This document shows positions 49,401 through 60,910 of a DNA stretch of 64,000 nt, in pieces. Each line of letters starts with the position of its first letter. Within the stretch, counting starts at the first letter, position 1. The notes below the pieces were generated by a model, which was given only the letters and a program-made list of their open reading frames with translations, was not told the DNA's origin and made no database searches. Location of the stretch: positions 16,424,581-16,488,580 of the forward strand of contig OZ037767.1 of assembly GCA_964035545.1 (NCBI GenBank), read 5' to 3'. The translations under genes were made by a program, and so were the position numbers. The DNA is from Bugula neritina. Its lineage: Eukaryota > Animalia > Bryozoa.

Positions 49401-52400
49401 AGAAGATGTACACACAGCAGACATTATCACGTGGTCACAATCGTGATGCTAAGATGTAGATTTGGTGAAAGTGATAAGCAGTAAAAACAACTTTGATAAC
49501 GACTGTTGAGAAGGTCACCGAATGGAACATTGTAAACATGATCCAAATGTGTAATCCTACGCTCAAAGTTTTGTGATGGTTGAGCAAACTCACAGCGATA
49601 TAAAATTCATTAGAAAAACAAACATTCTGGAATAAGCTAGGTCTATTTATAATAAGCTGCTACCTATCTGTCACCTGACTTCTACCTAGCTGTCACCTGA
49701 CTTCTACCTATCTGTCACCTGACTTCTACCTAGCTGTCACCTGACTTCTACCTAGCTGTCACCTGACTTCTACCTAGCTGTCACCTGACTTCTACCTAGC
49801 TGTCACCTGACTTCTACCTAGCTGTCACCTGACTTCTACCTATCTGCCACTTAACTTCTACCTAGCTGTCTCCTGACTTCTACCTATCTGTCACCTGACT
49901 TCTACCTAGCTGTCACCTGACTTCTACCTAGCTGTCACCTGACTTCTACCTAGCTGTTACGTACTTGCTACCTACCCAGAGCGGCAATTGTGCTGATAAA
50001 TGTCATTGTTATACTGAGATCCACATCTCCGCCCAACAAAAAGCACCAGACGTTTGACTGCCCCCCTCCTGGTGCCACACTAGCTGTAAACACTCCCAAC
50101 TCTAGCGAGGGATGTTTGTTGATAACTTGAGTTAACGCAAATCCTGTCTAAAAAACATATCACAATTCCTATCATCACAATTCTTGTTTTTTCTAAAAAC
50201 TTAAGGAAGCATTTTAGTTCTAAAAATTGCTTTTAAAAAGTCTATTTTTTAAAATTTGGCAATATTTGTAGCAACTAATGGACATTTTGTCAAAATAGAA
50301 TAATAATGCCCTTCATCACAATGATCATGCTCTTTCTAAAATTTAAAGAACTATAATTTCACATTTCTAAAAATTACTTTGATTTTTAGCATTTGGCGAT
50401 ATTTATTATACCTAGTAGACATTGTTTGAAAAATATATAGAAAACTATTAACTAACCAGAGGCATGACAATGAACTGGCAGACAACTCCTATAGAAGGAG
50501 AAAATGGCTTCTTTAAATAGGCTTTAACTTTCTGCAGGTCTAGCTTGATTCCGAAATTCATCGTGTTGAATACGACCAGTATTATGATGCCATAAAGGAA
50601 GATCTGTAGAAGTACAACTAGTATTATGATACTGTAGTGAATATCTGTATAGAAATACAACTGTAGAGGAACATCTATTATAGCAATAAACTATATTGCC
50701 ACACCAACCGCTACATGGGTGTTTTATTATCAAATTGTGACTATGCATAATGATGTGAATAGGTTTACAATATTGAATAGAATACTCATTAATTAAAAGT
50801 TTAAATGTATTAAGGCAGTGTGTAAGCTATAATAAATATGGTACCAGTTATTATTTTTACTGGCTTGTTAGGCAATTTTGATTAAATAAGATATTATTAA
50901 AAACAATTTTGATAGAAGGTTTTATCATTATACAATTTACAGCATTTAATAGACACATTACATGGCAATAGATGAGGGGAGCAGTGGTAGTCTAGAGGTT
51001 AGAGCGTTTGCTTAGTAATCAGCAAGTCATGGGTTCGAACCCCGACAAAAGCCATCGGTGATGTTAGGAAGAGCATCTAGTTATAATCGCTATTGTGCCT
51101 CATCTGAATAAGTCTTTAGCCCGATTCAACAAAAATCCTTTCCATCAGGAGTTTTCTCACAGGGATGGTGACCATATACTTTCGTGAGTTTTATTACATG
51201 ACAATGTATGCTGCAGTCTCCATTGTCAACACTATAGAGCCCCAGGGAGACATCAAACTGAGTGGCGTACCTTGTCCTTGATTTGCTGAGGTTTCCTGAT
51301 GACCCCTACGGGGTACTCCAGCAGCACTTCCTCTGTGGTAGCATCAGCAATGAACAGCGTTACGTACCCAATGACCTTCCCCGTGATCTCAACTTCAGTT
51401 CCACCAATCAGTGTGCCGTTGTCGTGGAGTTGACAGGAGACGTTGTAGACATCAGAGGGGTACTCTATGTTTAAGTTTCCTCCTACAAGTAGTTATAGTT
51501 TACAAGTTAATGGAATAAACAGGGAGATCAACTTTATGTCATTTCAGCTCTTTTCTGGTACAAACACTTACAGATGGATGAGGGGCTTCAACCAGATTAA
51601 GTAGAATTGGGTTGAGAAGTAAACACAAGCTTTAATCATAATAGATGTTCAATTGTTCTACTGTTGGATTGTATTTACAGCTCCTAATTCAAGTACCTGT
51701 TACATATACTCTGACAATATACAGCATATTGGAAATTGAACACTTGTCTAGGACACCCACACACACACACGCACACGCACACTCACACACGCACACGCAC
51801 GCACACGCACGCACACACGCACGCACACACACGCGCACATACACGCACACATACATGCACACATACACGCACACATACACGCACACATACACGCACACAT
51901 ACACAAACACATACATGCACACATACATGCACACATACACGCACACATACACGCACACATACACGCACACATACACGCACACATACATGCACACATACAC
52001 GCACACATACACGCACACATACACGCACACATACACAAACACATACATGCACACATACATGCACATGCGCACACACTGCTATGGGGCTGGCACACACAAA
52101 TCCCGTTAATCACAGAATCTGTAGTCGTAGGGCAAGAGCTAGAAACTTAAAAAATGTGAATCGACATTTTTAAACAATCTTTTTAGCCTTTGTTCAATTT
52201 TTGCTTGCATGTATACTTAATACAGAAATTACAAACATGTATAGTCTTTGTTAATAAAATAGCTATACAAAATGAAAGAAAATTTGTGCTGCAAAGTTAC
52301 TGGCTGATTAAAACACTCGAGCCTATTGGTCAATACTATTACATATGTAGCGTATTGCGGTGAGATAAGTAAAGTCTGCACCAGCCCGCAAGTTAGGCAG

Positions 52401-54813
52401 TATTACTATTATGATTTAAGGCTAAATCCAGGTTCCCATTTAGCTAAGCCAATATGATTCATCATCTATGAAGTAAAATGCTAATCCATTATGCAAACGA
52501 AAGTATAGGCGGTTTGAGGTTTAGCCACTAAGAGCTCTAAGCACTTGTTGTTCAATATCATTCAGACAAATCAGACTGCCTAGAAATGAAAACTTACTTC
52601 AAACTGGAAACTGGGTATATCTGTGACTTTAGCCACTATTTGTTGCTTTAATAATTTGCCAGGATAACTTTAGAGAAAATAGCCCGCACCTAGCTGCATC
52701 TGAATCTCTCATATATGGTGCAGAGACAAAAAGTTAGAATTTCTCTATAAGCAGCTTTGACTTGGGACTGACTGAGTGCAGTAGTTTGGGATTCTAAAGT
52801 TTGGAGTCGAGGATTCACCAAACCCCCAACTCCACACTCAAGAACCTTGAACTACTACACTCAGTCACACCCAACTCCGAGTTGCGTATAAACCATTTTC
52901 AAAAGTTACTTTCAATTTTAGCCTCAGTTCTAGCAGATAAAATTAACATAGACATATTGTTTGCTTTCAAATAAATATAAACATTCAACAAAAAAAAACC
53001 TACAAAACAAGGTATAAACAGGGCTGAAGAGACACTTACAGGATACAGAAGTCATTGAGTACAAGTATTGTTACAAGTGGAGTGTTGCCATGACAACAGA
53101 GTAATATAAGACAAATTATCCCTTGACCAGTCAATTGATGGAATTTACACCCTTTCACTGCAGGTGATGCACATAATGCATGTTGTATTATTTTAAATAA
53201 GATAATGTAATGTATGCTAGTTATACCGTCAGTCTCTCTCTCAAGTATCTCATACAAATATACTTCTGCCAAGTTGGTATGTAACCTTTCCTGGTGTTAG
53301 TATTCAGTATTACCATTGAATTCATGCAATTATTATAGTCTAGATCTCAAACTGAACAACACGGAGCTTTATGCATAGTACCCAGTATTAAATATGTACT
53401 AGAGACCCTGGGAACTTAGCCTATCGTAAATAATATCAGAGCAACAGCTACGGGTAAGACTATGAGCTCTAGAATTTTCTTTGAGATGAAAAAGAGGAGG
53501 TCTTCATTTGACAAATAAACATTTGCGGCAGCTGCCATCACAAAGTAGCTGCCAAACTTAGAAGTGCGCTGTTCTCCATTAGCACAAGCTTTCAGTTAGG
53601 AGTGTTTGCCCCCCCCCCTTTTTGTGCTCACCCCCTACTTGTTTCACTCCCTTACCATAGTTACATAGTAGCATAACACTGTATGTGACTCAACACAGAT
53701 AATGAGATATCTCCAGGCACACATCTCTAGTTAATCATTGTTGTTGTAGCTATATTGTATGCATGCAACGTTTAGATCAATATCAGTTGCTTAGTATAAT
53801 GAAATTGTATAAATTTAACCAGTTCTGTTGACAACATGCAGTGCATTGTCTGTACTGTTACAATATTATGATGTGAAAGAGTATTACATAATATAATATA
53901 CTTTTTATATATATATAAATTGTGAGTATAATATTATAATATACAATGTATAATGTAATATACAATATATAATGTAAATTGTAATATATACAATATAAAA
54001 TGCAATAATAATACATAATGTAATAATGTTAATGCAGTCATTCAACATATGCAACAGCTCAAAGTTTCAATTCATATCGGCCAATAGGCCAACAGAATTT
54101 CATGTTGTATTAGAATATTTAAAAAATGCCACCAAAATGTCACAACTAATGTTTTCCTAACAAATCACGTTTTCTGAGTAAAACTTGTAAAGCTGTTTAT
54201 AATATGCTAGCTCCACCATGTGAAATGTGTGGCCAATCAGCTTAAACCCAAATATGTAATGCCAGCATGACGTACATAGGGCATGTTACAGTACCCCAAA
54301 ATACTCATAAAATATAAGCTGGCCAATAAAACTAAACTGAAACTAAATTTTATCCACTAAATTAAACAAGGTGCTTGTAGACAACCAATTTACCTTATTT
54401 AGTTCTAATGGTGATCATATGGGCGTTGGTGGGAGAAATTCCAATATAGCCCAAATTCTTAAATTTTACCTATCTCTTTATACAACTGAGCACAACATCT
54501 GCTGCTTGGGGAATCCATTTCTTTTATTATTCAATGTTTATTCTAACTTGCAATAGAAATTTCAACCTAAGCCATTTCCATGTTTTATTGCATTACACTC
54601 ACCTTCAGAGATGGAGATGCTGAGGTGTTTCAGAGTGGAGTTGTCTGTACAATTAGTAAAGTAAAGTTTGATAGACAAAGATTCTTCCTCTACCAGTTCG
54701 TTCACTTCACTAGGAGTAGCTCGTAACAGACCAGGTGCTGCCGCATCTCCTGCTGTCAATACTGCCAAGCAGCAAGCAGCAAGAATGACAGCATGTAGAG
54801 CAGCTTGTCTCAT
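46413..54813 (-). CDS. SLC10-family sodium/bile acid cotransporter-like protein with a signal peptide and extracellular N-terminal domain
   Basis: [76 protein letters not shown], and a tail ..NPVF..SEL*. About 9 coding exons. Confidence 0.9.
49075..49190 (-). mobile_element. Fragment (one arm) of the 27952-28252 MITE family
   Basis: Similar to the reverse complement of 27952-28070. Confidence 0.75.
49660..49960. repeat. 22-bp minisatellite, about 13 copies, next to an SLC10 splice donor
   Basis: Repeated ctacctagctgtcacctgactt. Confidence 0.95.
50978..51193 (+). mobile_element. tRNA-derived SINE family B
   Basis: Full-length copy colinear with 8620-8838. Confidence 0.85.
51757..52076. repeat. 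CA-rich compound microsatellite (12-bp cacacatacacg)
   Basis: Read directly. Confidence 0.95.
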
Positions 54814-57406
54814 GGTTTGTGAAGTTCAGTGGAGTAGCTGTATTAATCGGCTCTGTTGATGTATAGTAGAGCCCTGGAAGTTGAAGTAGACACCGTGACT
54901 CTACTAACTGTACATTTATATAGCTAGCAGCTTCTCTCAATAACGTGTACAGCAACAATAGCATTTCTTTAGTATTGCAGCTCAACGAGGGTTTATGGAC
55001 TACTAAGAGAAACTATATAGAACATAACTCGGAGTTGTATTGTTGACTCTTTTTGCTATGGATAAATAAACTATTTTCTACTTGAACTGTTAGCAATAAC
55101 TTTAGATGTTTTAAGGTTACAAATAATGTTGACCCAGGGGCAGGTGACACCTGCCCCGTGGACACTGTGATCAATCAGATTGAATACTAGGCTATATACT
55201 TGACATCCACTGTATGCCCATTCACCTGGTTAAGTGGAGTTACTCTACATTACATAATAAATATAACATAAGTATAATAAAATAACATTATAGTTCTCAA
55301 TACCAGCTACCTTACCTGAACTTCTAAATCCGTATGACATGTAACTATCTTTGTCAAATGTTCACATGTAATCAGCTATAGATAGATGCTGATAAGATAG
55401 CTTTATTAGTGAAGATCTCATTGCATGTGAAGATATCAGTAGAGAGAGGGAGGGAAGCTTAGCTTAAGTAACTTAGATAATACTTGATAGCATATTCCTA
55501 TGACAATAATATTATACTATCTGTGATATTGTTTTGCTAGGCGTTGTGGAACTACTTAGAACAGTTATTTATATTATACTCTTATATTTATTCTCAATAT
55601 ATTAAAAGCAATGAAGCGTGACTGCTTGATTATCCATTGTTTATCAGAGGCTTTGAAGTTGTCTGTCCATTTAAAACAAGTGACTGGGGTTTCTGGGAAG
55701 ATATGTATTGAAGTCTACAGTTTGGTGTAAGCTTGTAGTTCATTGTTTAAACTCAAATCAGTGCAACTCAGCTTTCTTTTCTCCACAATATTTTCTTTGA
55801 GCTATTCACCTACATACATGTATATAGAAAAAAATCATAATGTAGCTTTTCAAAGATTATAAAAAATCATTATAAAATAAAATCATGAATTGTGTAAATT
55901 GTAAATCTATTTTATATAGAACATTGGCTTTAGGAACAAAACACCATAACAGGGCAACCATAAAAATAGCTTTGTATTAAAGTAGAGTTCACTTTTTTTG
56001 ACAAAGTTTCAGCTGAATGTGCAGTATATTATATTATATTATATATTATATTATATTATATTATATTATATTATATATATTATATTGTATTATATAAGTA
56101 CTATAGATAAAATTAATGCTTTTTTCAATGGCCACAAATTACAATAACAAAGCATTTTAAAGCAATTTTCAAAGACCACTTGAAATTTATAGATAAAAAA
56201 TAAAAATGTCAATCATATAATATGATGGCTATCCTGCATTTTCTTAATGTATGAACTGTAACAATTTGCAGGATAATAGCTTACTTCTGTATAATTATTT
56301 TCCAACTTGTGTAGATGATCTGTTATAGATGTATATGTTTAAGTAAGCAATACATTACCATTGGCTCAATATTGTCTTATATAAGGTTTTATTAATTGTT
56401 TACATATATTCTATCTTAATTGTTTATATATTTATATCTTGCTATTTCTATGCATAGTACACTATAATACCGTAGCAACATTAAATGGACACATATAGAA
56501 GTTATCTATTATGATACAGAACATACACTTTATTGCTAGAGATGATATATAGAGTTAGCATAAGAATGATATATATATTACCAAGTACGAACTTTCATAT
56601 AATAACATAATGATAACATTAAAACCTATTAATAATTATTATTAATAATAATATATGAACTTTTGTACATGAGTTTCTAGCTTAAAGATTACAGCATTTC
56701 ACTCTTTAGCTATATATACGACACACTAACAATTCCACTAATCTTACTTTTATGTCTAGTATTAAAGCTACATATAATAGGTGACTATAAGGAGAGGTCC
56801 TTCTGAAGTGATGTGGTCGCTGTGGAACTGAATATTTCCTCTCTCTTATGCCCTAGAGTCTGTCCTGATCAGATGTGACTGAAGAGAAGTAGCTTCTATA
56901 TACAATACTACTGGTTAGTATAACACATATGCATAGAATATATATATACTATAATACCTTATATACCATAATATACATATATATCTTGAATATTTCTTGT
57001 AAACTTTTTGCTGTAAACTCCAAGTATCTAATATAAAAATACTGTGCTTTGATGCCAGAAACAGAATTTGAACATCTATTAGGTCGATTCATGTTATATA
57101 AGCATGTATTTCTACAAAACAACTACAAAACTGGAAGCAGATTTAAGTATATTCAACTGCTGGAAATTATATTTCATAAGTTTATTATAATATACATAAA
57201 TAATTGCATAATAATGAATCATTTGGATGAATAACATTGCATCATTTATAAAACAACACCAATGAGATTTAAATAAATTATTTTCAAGTTGAGATGCTGA
57301 GTCTGTATTATCGGATATAATTGGGATATTACTGTAATGTAAATATAACGCAACAAGTTTCGATTTTTCGGAGTTGTTTAGCCTTGTTTAATATATTTTT
57401 AACAAC

Positions 57407-57446
57407 CATTGAACTATAATCTTCTAGTTATAGTTTCAGTTCAGTG
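57407..57446. mobile_element. 40-bp P-type end remnant with an 8-bp TSD
   Basis: ttaacaac [cattgaactataa..ttatagtttcagttcagtg] ttaacaac. Confidence 0.8.
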
Positions 57447-57476
57447 TTAACAACTTCTAAGAAATAAGGTCGAAAA

Positions 57477-57514
57477 CATTGAACTATAACCCATATTATA
57501 GCTTCAGTTCAGTG
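57477..57514. mobile_element. 38-bp P-type end remnant with an 8-bp TSD
   Basis: gtcgaaaa [cattgaactataa..ttatagcttcagttcagtg] gtcgaaaa. Confidence 0.8.
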
Positions 57515-57759
57515 GTCGAAAACATCGAACTCAATAATATCTGGAATGGGTACGGGTGTACTTTGTAATGTAACCTCGTTGCCGATTGGCTTTGTGAGCC
57601 CGAGCATGCTCATTTTCTAGCGGGAGAAAATAGAGCCGGTCGTCCATCATTTCGATTGAGTGAATCTCACTTTTAAACTTTGTTTTTTGTCCTGCTTTAT
57701 ATCTGAAGCGACTATATTTTTATTTAATTGTGTTTTCTATCATCTCTACTTCGTTAAAC

Positions 57760-58474
57760 ATGTCGAATTCTCCGTATCCTGAGCAAACTAAGGGTCAAAG
57801 AAGCAAGACCACTGGGTCTCAGTGTTATGCATACAATTGCCGCAACTACCAGTACAGCAGTTACATAAAGACAAAGAAAATCTCTTTTCACAAGTAAGTA
57901 TATGGCTTTAGTTACAAAATCAGTGAAAGTAATACATGAACTAGCGTAACAGTAGGCTTAATAGTTGTGGTAGCGGTGCTGCTGCTTACTAGTGGTACTA
58001 GTACTAGTAGTACTCTACTACTACTAGTAGTAGTAGTAATACTAATACTAATAGCTAAGGCTAATGGCTAATGTTATACTTACAGTATCAGTATGATATT
58101 ACTACTACTACTACTACTGCTGCTACTACTACTACTAGCCTACTGCTACTACTACTACTATTACTACTAGCCTACTGCTACTACTAGTACTACTACTACT
58201 ACTACTAGCCTACTGCTACTACTAGTACTACTACTACTAGTACTAGCCTACTGCTACTACTACTACTAGCCTACTGCTACTACTACTACTAGCCTACTGC
58301 TGCTACTACTACTAGCCTACTGCTACTACTACTACTAGCCTACTGCTACTACTACTACTAGCCTACTGCTACTACTACTACTAGCCTACTGCTACTAGTA
58401 CTACTACTACTAGCCTACTGCTACTACTACTACTAGCCTACTGCTACTACTAGCCTACTGCTACTACTACTAGC

Positions 58475-58517
<43 letters not shown>

Positions 58518-58555
58518 GAGCCTACTACTACTACTAGCCTACTGCTACTACTAGC

Positions 58556-58594
<39 letters not shown>

Positions 58595-59960
58595 GCCTAC
58601 TACTACTACTACTAGCCTACTGCTACTACTAGCCTACTGCTACTACTACTAGCCTACTACTACTACTAGCCTACTACTACTACTACTACTAGTAGAGCGC
58701 TACTTTGGCAATGCAGTTATAATTGAGTGTTGAACTAATATCTTTATTGTGTCATCTACTCAGGTGTCTCTTGCTACCCAGTTGCTGTCAGCTTCAGTGG
58801 CTGACTCACTTGATACGCTGAAACAGTTGGGACTCTCTAAATTCCAGCAGTGTGATGCTACCATCAACTTCATTAGGGTTTGTTACAGCTTTTAGTTTTA
58901 TTTCTTTAAAATACTGTAACTGCAATCGTCCCATGTTCTGCTGATGTTACTTTTTCTGTAGCGAGTAGATCGGTTGTTTGACATCCTGAATAGTTGATCA
59001 GCAATAGCTAAAGGCTACAAGCAGCCTTTACATCTAAATGGTATCAGTGTCATCATTCCTTTTCTGAAAGATACACGGCAATATTTGCTAGGCCTAAAGA
59101 ATAATGAAGGGATACCTCTGTACAAGACCAAAAGGTAAATTTCCTATTAACATAGAAAGTGTTACTTGTCTATATTTCAGATCTAATATGTGCTTGTCCC
59201 TATTTGTGTTATTTACAGACATGTTTGTATTACTGGACTTGTATGTGACACAGTATTTGGGTTGGTGGAGAAACTGTTGGTGCCTAAAACGCTGGACTAT
59301 CTGCTAATGTATAAATTTTCGCAAGACCATTTAGAGCTGTGGTATGCTACAGCTCTGAACAGCTATGCATGAAGCCCAGTCTGCATGCACTTATGTTAAC
59401 ATGTTTATTTGTTCTCTTACTCTCTTATCTCTTTCCTTCAGGTGTTCGGTTTTTCACTTTGCTTTGATAGGTGCAACTAAGATGGTCGGTTGAACCAACT
59501 GTGTTGAAAAGTGAATTTTTTTACATGAGCTTAGCGGTTAAAATGCATGCAATATGAAGTATATTTTATTAACTTTTGAATACGAAGAGACAAAGATGAT
59601 GAATTTTCAAAAATTTCCAAAACTGTGGTGTCAAAGCAATTGTGCATTTTTTAATTAAATGACTTTTTTGGCTTAATTGCATGCAAGGTTTTGCTTGTGT
59701 TCTAAAAAAAAAAAATCATTTTTCTGGGTAAACATAATCCAATCATTAATTGTGAACAGGCAATTGATGTCCAAGCATTTTTTTAATATCTGTTTTAGGT
59801 GGATGGAATAATAACGCATCTGTAACTGGCTTTCAGTCTATCTTTAGAAAATTGGTGACCCGATGTGGTGTACATCCAGGCAACTCAGGAAATTCTAAGC
59901 CATTAGATAGCACAACTGCTATTCATGGAGACATCATTAGGCATCGAAAATCATCATTTC
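57760..59960 (+). pseudogene. Spliced P-element/THAP9-like transposase pseudogene
   Basis: Exon 1 has a THAP start, CYAYNCRN..ISFH, then gtaagt. Later exons read VSLATQLLSASVADSL..ATINFIR, VDRLFDILNS*..KGYKQPL, YLLMYKFSQDHLELW and GGWNNN..FQSIFRKL. The rest of THAP and the N-terminal catalytic exons are absent, and there is an in-frame TGA. Confidence 0.88.
57995..58695. repeat. (CTA)n-based compound microsatellite within transposon intron 1
   Basis: Repeated ctactactactagcctactg. Confidence 0.95.
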
Positions 59961-60839
59961 TCCCTTTTAAATTTACTCATTGAAGTATATTATGACTTAT
60001 TTCAGCACCACATTGCTAAACTAACAAATATTGCTATTCACAAACTAAATTTCAGGCAATGTAGCAACAAAAGTGTACTGTTTAGAGGCCAGTAATAAGG
60101 ATGTGGGTAATTAATCGTTTAGAAGTTATTACAACAGTATTTATATTATAACATTAGATGATAACAAATATTGTTATTGCAATATAATATTATTTTTTGT
60201 TTATTCTGTAATTCTATTTTAATCACTTATTGCTTTCAGATTAGCACTTGAAAACAGAATTTAAAACTTTGAAAAGTTTAAGGAAATCTGTTACTTGCCT
60301 GTGTTGTAAAGCTGTGTCTTACCACCGGTTTTTTTTATATTATTTATAAACTTTTATACTTGTTATCCTTACTGTCAGTGTTCATGTACTAAGGCTGAAA
60401 TTTGCTTTGCTGTTGCTTTTCATTTCATGTTGACTAATGTGTTGATCTAATCAATAAATATGTAATGCATTTGTTAGGTTATTAAAGTTATTATCATATA
60501 TACTTGAGGTACATGCTTCATAAAATGATAATTAGTCATGAAATTACAAATACCAAAAGTAAAATAAACAAAATAATTGGTTCCTGCTTCACATTGCTGA
60601 ATTTTCTTTATTTTTTAGTGTTTACCTCAATTTATAAGCTCTAATAGCTTGCATTTATAATGGATTTTACTACTACTGCTGTGTGCAAAACAAGTAGGCG
60701 TGGTTAAGTTTTCCATGTTAAGGCGGAGCTAAACTATTTGGCCAAGCTAAAACGTCCTTGGCCTCTCCAGGTCTATTCCAGCTCAGTGGTCGAAAACCTC
60801 TGCACCACAAGGATCTAAGGCTTAAAGTAGCCTAGGACC

Positions 60840-60877
60840 CACTGAGCTGGAATAGTTAATAATTATTGAGTTCATTG
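60840..60877 (-). mobile_element. 38-bp remnant made of both ends of the adjacent P-like element, reverse orientation
   Basis: ctaggacc [cactgagctggaatag..attattgagttcattg] ctaggacc. Confidence 0.85.
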
Positions 60878-60884
60878 CTAGGAC

Positions 60885-60910
60885 CACTAAACTATAGTTT
60901 CAGTTCAGTG
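60885..60910. mobile_element. 26-bp P-type end remnant
   Basis: cactaaactatagtttcagttcagtg, with TSD cctaggac at 60831-38 and 60911-18. The left copy is displaced by the 60840 insertion. Confidence 0.75.

Larger units (their letters stand above)
57523..60788 (+). mobile_element. P-superfamily (THAP9-like) DNA transposon, internally deleted
   Basis: 8-bp TSD gtcgaaaa at 57515-22 and 60789-96. Imperfect TIRs CATCGAACTCAATAATATCTGGA versus (rc) CACTGAGCTGGAATAGACCTGGA. Transposase exons lie inside. Confidence 0.9.

Noticed and set aside
58985-59000. In-frame TGA in the P transposase as selenocysteine
   Set aside because: It sits where the family typically has Arg (NSR), so a CGA>TGA change in an already deleted element is the simpler explanation.
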